Notes: a model not told the origin generated them from the sequence alone. 64,000 bases of DNA from Dehalococcoidia bacterium (GCA_965262055.1 CBDHEI010000002.1:3220347-3284346), one strand, 5' to 3'; counted from the stretch's first letter, positions 27,113-36,940 are shown. Numbers and translations: made by a program.

Positions 27113-28062
27113 GCCCACTTGACTCCCCAGCGCTTTACGACCCAGTGCCCGAAAACATTCATGGCAAGGGTCATCAGGAAGAGCAGTAGACCCACGGCGA
27201 ATATGGTGTTGTACTCCAAGGAACCGTGGGGTGTCTCACCGAGACTGAGCTGCACGATGTACGCGGTCATCGTCTGAATGCTTTCCAGCGGGTTGAGGGT
27301 CATCCTCGGTGTCGCGCCGGCGGCGATAGTGACCAGCATCGTCTCACCCACGGCGCGCGATATGCCTAGGATGAATGAGGCCACGATACCTGAGAGCGCG
27401 GCGGGCACCACGACCCTTACCGAGACCTCCAGGCGCGTTGCTCCGAGCGCGTAGGCCCCTTCCCGGAGTGACCTCGGCACCGCCAGCATGGCGTCCTCGC
27501 TGAGGGAGGACACCATAGGGATGATCATCAGCCCCATGACCATGCCGGCGCTCAGCGCGTTGAACACGATCATGTCCGGGAAGATGACCTGTAGCTGCGG
27601 CGTCACGAAGGTCAACGCGAAGTAGCCGTATACTACCGTCGGTATGCCTGCCAGCACCTCCAGAGAGGGCTTGATGGCTCGGCGTACCTTATCGGGAGCG
27701 TACTCGGAGAGAAAGATAGCCGTTGCCACGCCTACGGGTATCGCCACCATGGCGGCTATACCTGCCACCAGCAGAGTTCCCGCGGCCAGAGGAAGGACCC
27801 CGTACGACTGGGGCTTGAGTATCGGGGACCATCGGGCCCCCAGGAGGAAGTCCCAGATCGGTATCTCTATGAAGAAGCCCCAAGCCTGGCTCAGCAGGCT
27901 GACCACGATGCCGACGGTCGTAAAGATGGACACTATGGCGCATGCGAAGAAGATCGTCTTGACGACATGGCCTTCTATGTCCCGCCGCGGACGCCTGGGG
28001 CCGGACGCGCGGCTAGTTCCTGTGTTCCCAACTGGGCCTGAGGTCGCTATGTTGCCATCCAC
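27109..28062 (-). CDS. pstC: phosphate ABC permease PstC
   Basis: LEVLAGIPTVVYG, SRAVGETM, MTAYIV. Confidence 0.94.
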   Translation of the reverse strand: MDGNIATSGPVGNTGTSRASGPRRPRRDIEGHVVKTIFFACAIVSIFTTVGIVVSLLSQAWGFFIEIPIWDFLLGARWSPILKPQSYGVLPLAAGTLLVAGIAAMVAIPVGVATAIFLSEYAPDKVRRAIKPSLEVLAGIPTVVYGYFALTFVTPQLQVIFPDMIVFNALSAGMVMGLMIIPMVSSLSEDAMLAVPRSLREGAYALGATRLEVSVRVVVPAALSGIVASFILGISRAVGETMLVTIAAGATPRMTLNPLESIQTMTAYIVQLSLGETPHGSLEYNTIFAVGLLLFLMTLAMNVFGHWVVKRWGVKWA

Positions 28063-28149
28063 ATGTTTGTCTTTCGAGGTACTCTACGTGAGTTTGGGGC
28101 TGAGCGGCAACTCTGTCTTTCGGGACTGCCGCTCAACCCTGTGTACACG

Positions 28150-29991
28150 CTATCTGCTGTTCATTTCCAGCGCGTTGGTGTATGCCGAAGCGTCCAGCGG
28201 GATGTATCCAACCTCCCGCGTCAGCGCGCGGCCATGCTCCATGTAAAACTCCACGAACGCCGCGACCGCAGACCGCTCCAAGCTCTTCTTGCTCACGTAG
28301 ATGAACAGTGGGCGCGCCAGGGGAGTGTAGTCCCCGGACTCTATGGTGTCGGACGTGGGAGCCACGCATCTGTCGCCGTCGTCTATCGCTACCACCCTGA
28401 GCTTGTCGGTGTTCTCCTGGTAGTACGCGTAGCCGAAGTAGCCCAGTGCGTTCCTGTCGCCCGATATCCCCTGGACCAGCACGTTGTCGTCTGCCGACGC
28501 CGTGTAGTCGGCACGGCTCGCCTGGGCCTCTCCTACGATCTCCTCGGTGAAGTAGTCGAACGTGCCAGAGTCGGTGTCTGGTCCGTACAGACGCAACGGC
28601 CTGTCCGGGAAGCTGTCCTTCACCTGGTTCCAGTTCGTTACCGAGGACCCCGGCTCCCAGATCTCCTTCAACTCGGATACCGACAGACAGTCCACAAAGT
28701 CGTTTCCAGGATTTACCATCACCGACAGACCGTCGGTGCCTACCTTGATCTCAATGTACTCGACGCCGTTGTCTACGGCCGACTGCGCCTCGGAGTCCTT
28801 GATGGGCCGCGAAGCGTCTGATATGTCGGTCTCACCCACGACGAACCTCTTGAAGCCGCCGCCGGTGCCCGACACTCCTACGTTCACCCTCACCTCAGGG
28901 TGTATCTTCCCGAACTCCTCGGCGACCGCCTCGGTAATCGGGTACACTGTGCTAGACCCATCGATCTCGATGGTGCCGGTGAGCTTCTCCATGGTCATCT
29001 TGGCGGGGATCTTCTCTGGGACTTTCTGCATGCCGCCTTCGATGCTGTAGGCTTCGGGCGCCAGCGGGATGTATCCAACCTCCTGTGTCAGCGTGCGCCC
29101 ATGCTCCATGTAAAAGTCCACGAAGGCCGCCACCTCCGGCCGCTCCAAGCTCTCCTTGCTTACGTAGATGAACAGCGGGCGGGCCAGGGGAGTGTAGTCC
29201 CCGGACTCGATCGTGTCGGACGTGGGAGCCACACACCCGTCGCCGTCGTCTATCGCCAACACCTTGAGCTTGTTGGTGTTTTCCTGGTAGTACGCGTATC
29301 CGAAGTAGCCCAGCGCGTTCCTGTCGCCCGATATGCCCTGGACCAGCACGTTGTCATCAGCAGAGGCCGTGTAGTCCCAACGGCTTGCCTGGGCCTCGCC
29401 TACGATCTCCTTGGTGAAGTAGTCGAATGTACCGGAGTCCGTATCGGGCCCGTAGAGAGCCAGGGGTCTGTTGGGGAAGAATGGGCTGACATGGTTCCAG
29501 GTCCTGACCGTGGACCCAGGTTCCCAGATCCTTTTGAGCTCTCCTACGGAAAGACAGTCCACGAAGTCGTTTTCGGGGTTTACCATGACTGACAGGCCAT
29601 CGGTGCCCACCTTGATCTCTAGGTACTCAATGCCATTGTCGGCGGCGGCCCGTGCTTCGGAGTCCTTGATGGGCCGCGAGGCGTCGGATATGTCGGTCTC
29701 GCCCACGACGAACCTCTTGAACCCGCCGCCGGTGCCCGACACTCCCACGTTCACTCTCACTTCGGGGTGTACCTTACCAAACTCCTCGGCAACCGCCTCG
29801 GTGATCGGGTAGACCGTGCTCGATCCATCGATCTCGACGGTACCGGTGAGCTTCTCCATGGTCTTTGGAGGCGCCGCTGTCGGCTCTTCCTCACCGCCCC
29901 CGCAGGCGACCGCCAGCAGAGGAACAAGCGCCAGCACCGATAGCCATATCTTCCAAGCCTTAAGGGACCTGATCATTCGCATTCTCCTCAT
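28150..29991 (-). CDS. pstS: phosphate-binding lipoprotein with two tandem PstS domains
   Basis: Lipobox LAVAC; [15 protein letters not shown] and DSGTFDYF each occur twice, with unit starts 867 nt apart. Confidence 0.93.
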   Translation of the reverse strand: MRRMRMIRSLKAWKIWLSVLALVPLLAVACGGGEEEPTAAPPKTMEKLTGTVEIDGSSTVYPITEAVAEEFGKVHPEVRVNVGVSGTGGGFKRFVVGETDISDASRPIKDSEARAAADNGIEYLEIKVGTDGLSVMVNPENDFVDCLSVGELKRIWEPGSTVRTWNHVSPFFPNRPLALYGPDTDSGTFDYFTKEIVGEAQASRWDYTASADDNVLVQGISGDRNALGYFGYAYYQENTNKLKVLAIDDGDGCVAPTSDTIESGDYTPLARPLFIYVSKESLERPEVAAFVDFYMEHGRTLTQEVGYIPLAPEAYSIEGGMQKVPEKIPAKMTMEKLTGTIEIDGSSTVYPITEAVAEEFGKIHPEVRVNVGVSGTGGGFKRFVVGETDISDASRPIKDSEAQSAVDNGVEYIEIKVGTDGLSVMVNPGNDFVDCLSVSELKEIWEPGSSVTNWNQVKDSFPDRPLRLYGPDTDSGTFDYFTEEIVGEAQASRADYTASADDNVLVQGISGDRNALGYFGYAYYQENTDKLRVVAIDDGDRCVAPTSDTIESGDYTPLARPLFIYVSKKSLERSAVAAFVEFYMEHGRALTREVGYIPLDASAYTNALEMNSR

Positions 29992-30033
29992 TTGCTCCTT
30001 TCCGGCTCTCCATCTCGCGTTTACTCCGTGCGC

Positions 30034-30089
30034 AGACTACTCCCGGTGTCTTAACGTTCGGCTAAGGGAACGTTAACGGACTGTTAACG
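30034..30089 (-). promoter_or_regulatory. candidate Pho box (four direct repeats, 11-bp period) plus -10 TAGTCT
   Basis: TTAACG 30051, CTAAGG 30062, TTAACG 30073, TTAACG 30084; -10 at 30034-30039; no -35 box. Confidence 0.75.
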
Positions 30090-30221
30090 TTCGGGCCTGA
30101 ACGCGGGGAAGCTCCACACGGGCCCGACAAGCCTGCTGCTCAGAAGGATGAGAGTCTGTAGGCCACGCCGAGAGAGCGAGGATTCGATATGGGAACGCAG
30201 TTCCGTGGGGTAGGGCAGGAG

Positions 30222-31019
30222 CTAACCGGACGCGGCGCCGAAGGTGAGGAGGAGGGCCCCGGCTACTATGGCCGCGCCAGTCGCCAGCAGGAATGCACCG
30301 AAGTTCACTCGCTCCGCTACCGCCGCGAGCGCGCGAATCGTGACGAGGCCGGTTACAAATGCCACGGCTGCCGCGGCGAGGGTCTCGGCAGAGATCGAGA
30401 AGCTTCCTGACGTCCAAGTGTACGTGGCGGCTCCGAGGCTTGCAGGCACACTCATCAGGAAGCTGACTACCAGCGCCTCGCGCCGGTCCACTTTGCGCCA
30501 GAGCAGCGCCGCTACCGTCAGGCCGGACCGGCTGAGGCCGGGCACCACGCTCAGCCCCTGCGCCACGCCGGCCAGCACTCCGTCCACTGCCGAGAGGTCC
30601 GCACGGGTGCGTCCTCCCGCGCTGGGCCGCCGGACTTGAAGGGCGCCGGTGACAAGGAGGGCCGCCCCGACTATCACCATCGCCGCGGAGCCCAGACCCT
30701 CGGAAATCTCTGCCAGGGAGAGCAGTAACGGCAACCCTATGGCGCCGCTTACCACCGTCGATATGAACATAAAGGCCGTTAGTGCGGAGGGTCTGGTCGG
30801 CTTCGTGAGCACGCCACGGAGTATGTCCGCAGCCTCCGTCCTGAACGCAACGAGCGCTGCGGGGGCGGTCCCGACGTGAAGCCACAGGGCGTATTCGATT
30901 CCCTCCGCCACTTCGCCCTCGAAGACGAGGGACCGCACCAGCACGATCATGCCTTCCGAGCTGACAGGCAGCCACTCGAAGACCCCTTGAAGTACGCCGA
31001 GCAGAAGGGCTTCTCCCAC
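30222..31019 (-). CDS. uppP: undecaprenyl-diphosphate phosphatase (BacA family)
   Basis: QGVFEWLPVSS, HVGT, PGLSRSG, SFLMSVPA. Confidence 0.9.
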   Translation of the reverse strand: MGEALLLGVLQGVFEWLPVSSEGMIVLVRSLVFEGEVAEGIEYALWLHVGTAPAALVAFRTEAADILRGVLTKPTRPSALTAFMFISTVVSGAIGLPLLLSLAEISEGLGSAAMVIVGAALLVTGALQVRRPSAGGRTRADLSAVDGVLAGVAQGLSVVPGLSRSGLTVAALLWRKVDRREALVVSFLMSVPASLGAATYTWTSGSFSISAETLAAAAVAFVTGLVTIRALAAVAERVNFGAFLLATGAAIVAGALLLTFGAASG

Positions 31020-31107
31020 TAGGGTCGTCTCACAGCTTGGACTTGCGGTGTGGAGTGCGGCAGGGCGGGCTCCCCTTTTGCCGTTATGGTTAGCTTGCCG
31101 TGACGGG

Positions 31108-32460
31108 CTAGGCTCTGGGTAGGGTGAAGTAGAATGTGCTTCCAGAGCCCTCGCGGCTCTCGGCGCGAACTTCGCCGCCGTGGAGTTGCACGATGTGCTT
31201 GACTATCGCGAGCCCCAGCCCGGTACCCTCTCCACCCCGGGATCGGTCCACCTTGTAGAAGCGCTCGAATACGTGGGGCAGATGTTCCTCCGGTATCCCA
31301 ACCCCAGTGTCCTCGACACTGACCTCGACCAGCCTGCCGTCCTCCGCGGCGCCCACGCACACGCGGCCGCCGTCCGGCATGAACTTGACCGCGTTCTCGA
31401 CGAGGTTCATCAGCACCTGGCGTACCTTGTCTTCCTCGCCCACCACGTTGGCGAGACCGTCCGGGATGTCCACTGAGGCTTCGATCTCCGCCAAAGCGGC
31501 CCGGTCCGTGGCCTGTGCGATCACGTTCTCCGCGATTGGCTTGAGCGGGAGCGGGCCTAGGTGTAGCTCGACTTGACCGGTCTCAAGGAGCGACAGTTCC
31601 AGCAGTTCGTTGGCCATCACCGTCATACGGTCAACGTCTCTCCCGATCCTGTCCAAAAAGTCTCCGGCGATCTCCCTGTCCTCCAGCGCTCCGTCCGCTA
31701 GGGTATCGACCATGGCCTTGATAGAGGCTAGAGGACCGCGCAGCTCATGCGATACGTTGCTAACGAACTCCCTGCGGGTCGTGTACAACCGCTGCATCCC
31801 AGTCTGGTCGTGCAGCGTTAGCAGAACGCCGTCCGAGCCGTCACCATGGACCGGAATGGCAAGAGCTCGAATGAATCTCCGATTGGTGACGAGCTCGACA
31901 TCCGACTGGCTCGGTCGATCTGACTCCAAGGCGCCGCGCACCAGCGTCTGGAGCTCGTGGTCTCGCACTATCTCTGCAACCCCGCTTCCGACCGCATCGG
32001 GAGCCCGAACCCCCAGCATCGACTCGGCGGCCCGGTTCAGCAGCGATACCCTGCCATCTCTATCTATCACCAGCACGCCGTCGGCCATCAGGTCTAGCAG
32101 GGCAGCCAGCTTGTTCCTTTCCGCTGTCAGGCTGCCTACAGCCTCCCTCATCGCCGCCGCAATGAGGTTGAAAGCATTGGCCAGCTCGCGGCTCTCGCCT
32201 GACGTGGGCACCGCTATCCTGTGCTCCAGGTCGCCGTCGGCAACTCGTTGTGCGCCTTCTGTTATCTCGCGCGCGGAGCGAGAGGTGCGTAGGACAATGA
32301 AAAAACACGTAGCCACGGCGATGACCGCCAACATAGCCAGAGTGACGATGGCAAACCTCTCGGCCAGCGCCCCTCTCGCTATGAAGCCTATAGACGCCGC
32401 GACCAGAAAGAGGACGGCGCCGGGGAGCGCCACACGCCATTGAAGCGGCTGCACGTTCAT
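31108..32460 (-). CDS. phoR: sensor histidine kinase (HAMP-PAS-HisKA-HATPase), PhoR-like
   Basis: FVSNVSHELRGPL, NLVENAVKF, DTGVGIP, FERFYKVD, GTGLGL; adjacent to the pst genes. Confidence 0.88.
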   Translation of the reverse strand: MNVQPLQWRVALPGAVLFLVAASIGFIARGALAERFAIVTLAMLAVIAVATCFFIVLRTSRSAREITEGAQRVADGDLEHRIAVPTSGESRELANAFNLIAAAMREAVGSLTAERNKLAALLDLMADGVLVIDRDGRVSLLNRAAESMLGVRAPDAVGSGVAEIVRDHELQTLVRGALESDRPSQSDVELVTNRRFIRALAIPVHGDGSDGVLLTLHDQTGMQRLYTTRREFVSNVSHELRGPLASIKAMVDTLADGALEDREIAGDFLDRIGRDVDRMTVMANELLELSLLETGQVELHLGPLPLKPIAENVIAQATDRAALAEIEASVDIPDGLANVVGEEDKVRQVLMNLVENAVKFMPDGGRVCVGAAEDGRLVEVSVEDTGVGIPEEHLPHVFERFYKVDRSRGGEGTGLGLAIVKHIVQLHGGEVRAESREGSGSTFYFTLPRA

Positions 32461-33191
32461 GCCTCGAACCGGTAGCCTACTCCCCGAACGGTTATCACCC
32501 TCTTGGGCTCTCCCGGGTCTTTCTCTATCTTCTCGCGCAGCCAGCGGATGTGCACGTCCACGGTCCTGCTGTCACCGACGTAGTTGTGTCCCCAAATCTG
32601 GTCCAGTATCTGGTTCCTGCTGAGTATCCTGCCCTTGCGTGCTAGGAGCAGGGCCAGCAGCTCGAACACCCGAGGCTTCAGGCTCAGGGCCTCGCCCCCG
32701 AGTGTGGCGGTGTGGCTGTCGACATCTACTTCCAGGTCGCCCGACGTGAAGACCTGCCGACTCTCTGTGCGGGCCAACCCGTCCGGCTCCATCCGCGAGC
32801 GCCGGAGCATCGCCTTGACCCGCGCCAACAGCTCTCGCATGCTGAAAGGCTTGACAACGTAGTCGTCCGCCCCAAGCTCCAGCCCCAGTACCCTGTCGAT
32901 CTCCTCGCCGCGGGCAGTGAGCATAAGCACCGGCACGTCGTTGTCTCGTCTCAGGATGCGGCACACCTCGAAGCCATCGAGCCTAGGGAGCATTACATCC
33001 AAGATCACCAGGCTGGGATTGGTCTCGCGGGCGGCCTCCAGCCCGCTCTCTCCCTCGGTGGCCGTGCGCACGGAATAGCCTTCCTGCTCAAGGCTGTACT
33101 GGAGAGCCCTGAGCAGGTTCCCGTCGTCCTCGATGACCAGCACCGTCTCTTTCGTGGCAGCCTCCCGGTTCAAGAACGGCGGGGACATCAT
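32457..33191 (-). CDS. phoP: OmpR-family response regulator, PhoP/PhoB-like
   Basis: ILDVMLP, LELGADDYVVKPF, RTVDVHIRWLREKIE, TVRGVGYRF. Confidence 0.85.
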   Translation of the reverse strand: MMSPPFLNREAATKETVLVIEDDGNLLRALQYSLEQEGYSVRTATEGESGLEAARETNPSLVILDVMLPRLDGFEVCRILRRDNDVPVLMLTARGEEIDRVLGLELGADDYVVKPFSMRELLARVKAMLRRSRMEPDGLARTESRQVFTSGDLEVDVDSHTATLGGEALSLKPRVFELLALLLARKGRILSRNQILDQIWGHNYVGDSRTVDVHIRWLREKIEKDPGEPKRVITVRGVGYRFEA

Positions 33192-33242
33192 AAAGCGGTC
33201 TCAGCCGTTCCTACCCCTCCAAATTAATGCATCGGGGCCGCA

Positions 33243-33271
33243 TTGACAAACGGCCCTGTCGGCACTAGCCT
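33243..33271 (+). promoter_or_regulatory. sigma70-type promoter TTGACA-N17-TAGCCT
   Basis: Direct reading; upstream of the small ORF at 33300. Confidence 0.55.
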
Positions 33272-33299
33272 CAACTCACAAACAAGATGGAGCAGTCAC

Positions 33300-33545
33300 A
33301 TGGAGACTAAGGCCTCAGGCATAGGATACGTCAGTTTCGGGTGGGTAGGGGAGAACCGGGAGATGGAGGTCGTCCTCAAAGACGGTAGGTGGTACACGGT
33401 GCATCGAGTCGACGGCGAGCCCGACCCCCGCATGACCAAGATATACGGCAGCAACGAGTTGCCCACACCCTGGACGGAGGAGACTCCGCGCGACACCGTG
33501 ATCGAGGAGCTCGCTGCCCGCAACGGGCACGCCAAGATCGTATAG
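33300..33545 (+). CDS. small hypothetical protein (81 aa)
   Basis: GGAG RBS, own promoter, protein-like composition (GYVSFGWVGE, GRWYTVH, LPTPW). Confidence 0.65.
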   Translation: METKASGIGYVSFGWVGENREMEVVLKDGRWYTVHRVDGEPDPRMTKIYGSNELPTPWTEETPRDTVIEELAARNGHAKIV

Positions 33546-33678
33546 GCCGGGTGCCGGCTGCGGGGAAGCGAACTCCGGCAGCCCGTCGGGCCCCCGGTTC
33601 ATCTGCGTTCACCGTCCGTCAGCCATCCCGCACAGTCCGCTGGGGGCGGTCCGCCCGCGCCTCAAGGGCTCGAAATAC

Positions 33679-33710
33679 AGAGGGCCCGGTGCATCTGCAC
33701 CGGGCCCTCT
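33679..33710. terminator. perfect hairpin between convergent genes
   Basis: AGAGGGCCCGGTGCA-tc-TGCACCGGGCCCTCT. Confidence 0.7.
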
Positions 33711-33736
33711 ACTACATCAGCGTGTTTCCCCGTTAA

Positions 33737-35722
33737 CTATTCCAGCTGCCCGTGAAGCGGTCCAGTCTCGTTGAGCGGGTGAGTCGTCCCGAACTCGGCG
33801 ATGTCGGTCTGGTGCATCAGGTACTCCCACTCGCCGCCGCCCGCGAACTGAGGCGTGAAGACGATCTCCTTCAGCTGCGAGGGCTGTGGGCGCCTGCCAT
33901 ATCCGGGAATCCATACGTGGGCGCCGTAGGTCGTCAGGCCCAGCCCCGTGGATACCACCACGATGGGAAGGTCCTCGATGAACATCTCGTTGATCTGAAG
34001 ACCGATCTTTACGAGGTCGTCATCGTTGAGAGCCCTTGGCACCGCGTCGAGCAGGGCGTCCAACTCTGGAGTGGCGTAGCCCATTGCGTTGGTATTCTGG
34101 CTGTGGAAGTAGTAGTTCAGGTGGTCCACAGCGCCGCCCCAGCCACCGACGTACACGAGGTCGTAGTTGTAGTTCTCGTAGTACACCGCGGCCCAGACCG
34201 GTGTCTCCATCGTCTCGAAGGTGACCCTCAGTCCGGAATCCGCGAGCATCTGCTGCTTTGCGGCCATCTGGGGCCGCTGGTCTGCGCCATACCCTGGGGC
34301 CTTGGCTTTTACCTCGCGATCGAAGTCCCAACCAGCCTCCTCGAGGAGCGCACGGGCCTTCATGCTGTCGCCGGTATGGGAGTAGCGGGCCTTCAACTCA
34401 TCGGTCTCAACGCCCGTGGGTACGAACAGGTTCGTGTTGTGGATGTACCCGAGACCGGCGCTGAACGTGTCCACAATCTGCTTGCGGTTCAGAGCCCACA
34501 TGAACGCTTGGTGTATGCGCGCGTCAGCGATCCAGTCGGTGCGGAAGTTGAACGAGAAGCCGCGGCCATTCCCGCGCCCGCCCACCGCCGCGATCAGGAA
34601 TCGGGGGTCTGCCAGGAACGACTGGTTCACCTCAGGTGAGAAGCCGCCGCGCCTGCTGCCGTCGATCTCACCCCGCTGCATGGCGATCTGGGCCGTGTCA
34701 GGGCTGGTGATCAGGTGTACGAACACCCTGTCGATTTTCGGCTTACCCAGGTAGTAGTCGTCGTTGCTGATCAGCTCATGGAACTGGTCAGGCTCGTGCT
34801 TGACGAACTTCCAGGGGCCGGAGCCTATGGGCTTCTGCGACCCCAGGCCGATGAAGAACTCGCTGTCGTCGATGTCCTCAGGGCCCAGGCTGCCCAGGAT
34901 GTGCTCGGGGAGTAACCAGACTCCGGCGGCCTGGGTCAGGAACTGTCCCGTTGGGAAGGCCATGTCGAACCGGATCGTATAGTCGTCGATTACGTTGATG
35001 CCCTCTACCGAGTCGGTGGTGCCCTCGGCGAAGGCTTCCGCCCCCTTCACCATCGCGAGCCTCTGGACGGCGCGGCTCTTGGTCCGCGGGTCCATGTAGG
35101 ACGTGAAGGAGAAGGCTATGTCGTCGGCCGTTACGGGCTCACCGTCGTGGAAGAAGGCGTTCTTCTGCAGATAGAAAGTCGCCGAGCTTCCGTCGGGAGC
35201 AACTTCCCAGCGCGCCGCCATGTTGGGCGCATACCTCTGATCGTGGGGGTTGCCCGTCATGAGGGTCGAGAAGACGTGCAGGCCTATCAGGCCTGTGTAT
35301 CCGCTGACCGCCGTGAACGGCGACAGCTTCGTGACGGCGCTGGAGGCGCGCCAGTTGAGGACCGAGGCAGCCACCTCCCCTTCGCCCACTACAACCTCCT
35401 TGAATACCTCTACCTCCCGGACAACCTCCTTCTCCACAACGACCGGTACCTCTACCTCCCTCACAACCTCTTTCTCGACCACCCTCTCTACCGTTACCTC
35501 TACCTCCCTCACAACCTCTTTCTCGACCACCACCTCTACAGGCACCTCTTTAATGACTTCTCTCTCGACCACCACCTCGACCGGTACCTCTTTCACCACC
35601 GTCTCGGTGACGACCTGCTTTACAGGGATCTCCTTGATCACTTCGCGCGTTCCACACGCAACAGCCGCCCCGAGAGCAATGACTGCAGCTATCGCGGCCA
35701 ACAACCGGTAGACTTTTAGCAT
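33737..35722 (-). CDS. family-5 ABC solute-binding lipoprotein with Glu/Val stalk; paralog of 22106..23923
   Basis: Lipobox AAVAC; EV repeats; KLSPFTAVSGY; AMQRGEID; GGAGGAGG RBS. Confidence 0.9.
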   Translation of the reverse strand: MLKVYRLLAAIAAVIALGAAVACGTREVIKEIPVKQVVTETVVKEVPVEVVVEREVIKEVPVEVVVEKEVVREVEVTVERVVEKEVVREVEVPVVVEKEVVREVEVFKEVVVGEGEVAASVLNWRASSAVTKLSPFTAVSGYTGLIGLHVFSTLMTGNPHDQRYAPNMAARWEVAPDGSSATFYLQKNAFFHDGEPVTADDIAFSFTSYMDPRTKSRAVQRLAMVKGAEAFAEGTTDSVEGINVIDDYTIRFDMAFPTGQFLTQAAGVWLLPEHILGSLGPEDIDDSEFFIGLGSQKPIGSGPWKFVKHEPDQFHELISNDDYYLGKPKIDRVFVHLITSPDTAQIAMQRGEIDGSRRGGFSPEVNQSFLADPRFLIAAVGGRGNGRGFSFNFRTDWIADARIHQAFMWALNRKQIVDTFSAGLGYIHNTNLFVPTGVETDELKARYSHTGDSMKARALLEEAGWDFDREVKAKAPGYGADQRPQMAAKQQMLADSGLRVTFETMETPVWAAVYYENYNYDLVYVGGWGGAVDHLNYYFHSQNTNAMGYATPELDALLDAVPRALNDDDLVKIGLQINEMFIEDLPIVVVSTGLGLTTYGAHVWIPGYGRRPQPSQLKEIVFTPQFAGGGEWEYLMHQTDIAEFGTTHPLNETGPLHGQLE

Positions 35723-35843
35723 GATCCTCCTCCTGAATGACTCTTCATGACGGATACGCCGAACCGCACGCCTGCTCGCGGTTGCACGGTAGCTTCAACT
35801 GCGGAAGCCACGACAAGGGCGGTTGCCGACAGGGTCGGCCCGA

Positions 35844-35872
35844 AACGTAGCACGATGGTGAAGCGGTGTCAA
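35844..35872 (-). promoter_or_regulatory. sigma70-type promoter TTGACA-N17-TACGTT for 35722, implying a leader of about 115 nt
   Basis: Direct reading. Confidence 0.6.
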
Positions 35873-35935
35873 CCAGCGGTGTCTGGCCCCGCCTCAGGGG
35901 ACCGGTTATGGCATACTGTTATGAGGATGCCCACT

Positions 35936-36940
35936 ATGGAGACCCCCATGGCGATGGACATCGACGACCCCGTACTGGAAGTCGACGGGCTGAACACTCA
36001 CATCTTCCTCAAGGAGGGAGTGGCGAGGGTAGTCAACGGCGTCTCGTTCCAGATCGCAAGGGGAGGCGTGCTGGGACTGGTGGGGGAGAGCGGCAGCGGC
36101 AAGACGATGACTGCCCTCTCAATCTTGGGGGTGGTCCCCTTCCCAGGGGAGGTCGTATCCGGCGAGGTGAGGCTGAACGGACGGGACATTCTCTCCATCA
36201 GTTCGGAGGAGCTGCGGAGAATCAGGGGAAACGAGATATCGATCATCTTCCAAGACGCGGTGGCGTCGCTGAACCCAGTCCTGTCAATCGGCAGTCAGAT
36301 GGTCGAGGGAATCACAGTCCACCTGGACGCCACGAAGAAGGACGCCGAGAAGATGAGCCTGCACCTGCTGGAGCAGGTGGGACTTCCGGACCCGGAACGG
36401 ATCATGAGGGGCTATCCATTCCAGCTCAGCGGCGGCATGGCACAGCGCGTCATGATGGCGATGGCCGTGGCGCTGAGCCCGAGGGTCCTCATAGCCGACG
36501 AGCCCACCTCCAACCTCGACGTGACGCTCCAGGCGGAGCTCCTGCACCGGCTGAGGACGCTGAGGCAGGAGTACGAGACCGCGATCCTTCTCATCACACA
36601 CGACATGGGCGTCGTCGCCGGGATCGCAGACGCTGTGGCGGTCATGTATGCCGGCTCGCTCGTAGAGTACTCAGACACCCGCACGGTCTTCGAGCGCCCG
36701 GCTCACCCTTACACATGGGCGCTCCTACAGGCCGTCCCGCGCCTCGATTCCCCTTACAGCACGCTCAGACCGCTCGCGGGGTCCCCCCCGGACCCGATGG
36801 AGATTCCGGCCGAGTGTCCATTCCTGCCCCGCTGCCCAAAAGCGTCTAGTACGTGCAGAACGAGCCCCATGCCGCCCCTTATAGAGCTAGAGCCGGGCCA
36901 CAAGGTAGCGTGCTACAACCCGGTAGAGCCGCAGCGCTGA
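35936..36940 (+). CDS. peptide ABC ATPase (OppD/DppD type)
   Basis: GESGSGKT, YPFQLSGGMAQR, ADEPTSNLD, HPYT, C-terminal CPFLPRCP...HKVAC. Start uncertain (35921-35948). Confidence 0.92.
   Translation: METPMAMDIDDPVLEVDGLNTHIFLKEGVARVVNGVSFQIARGGVLGLVGESGSGKTMTALSILGVVPFPGEVVSGEVRLNGRDILSISSEELRRIRGNEISIIFQDAVASLNPVLSIGSQMVEGITVHLDATKKDAEKMSLHLLEQVGLPDPERIMRGYPFQLSGGMAQRVMMAMAVALSPRVLIADEPTSNLDVTLQAELLHRLRTLRQEYETAILLITHDMGVVAGIADAVAVMYAGSLVEYSDTRTVFERPAHPYTWALLQAVPRLDSPYSTLRPLAGSPPDPMEIPAECPFLPRCPKASSTCRTSPMPPLIELEPGHKVACYNPVEPQR

Noticed and set aside
33555-33600. Cobalamin or c-di-AMP riboswitch-like fragments (GGGAAG...TCCGG, CCGTCAGC)
   Set aside because: The core conserved elements are missing and the position is 3' of both neighbouring genes.
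1079-35711. Ser/Thr-rich ORFs 1079..1426, 2703..3050, 23619..24029 and 35250..35711 resembling mucin-like proteins
   Set aside because: They are reverse-strand translations of the Glu/Val/Lys stalk codons.
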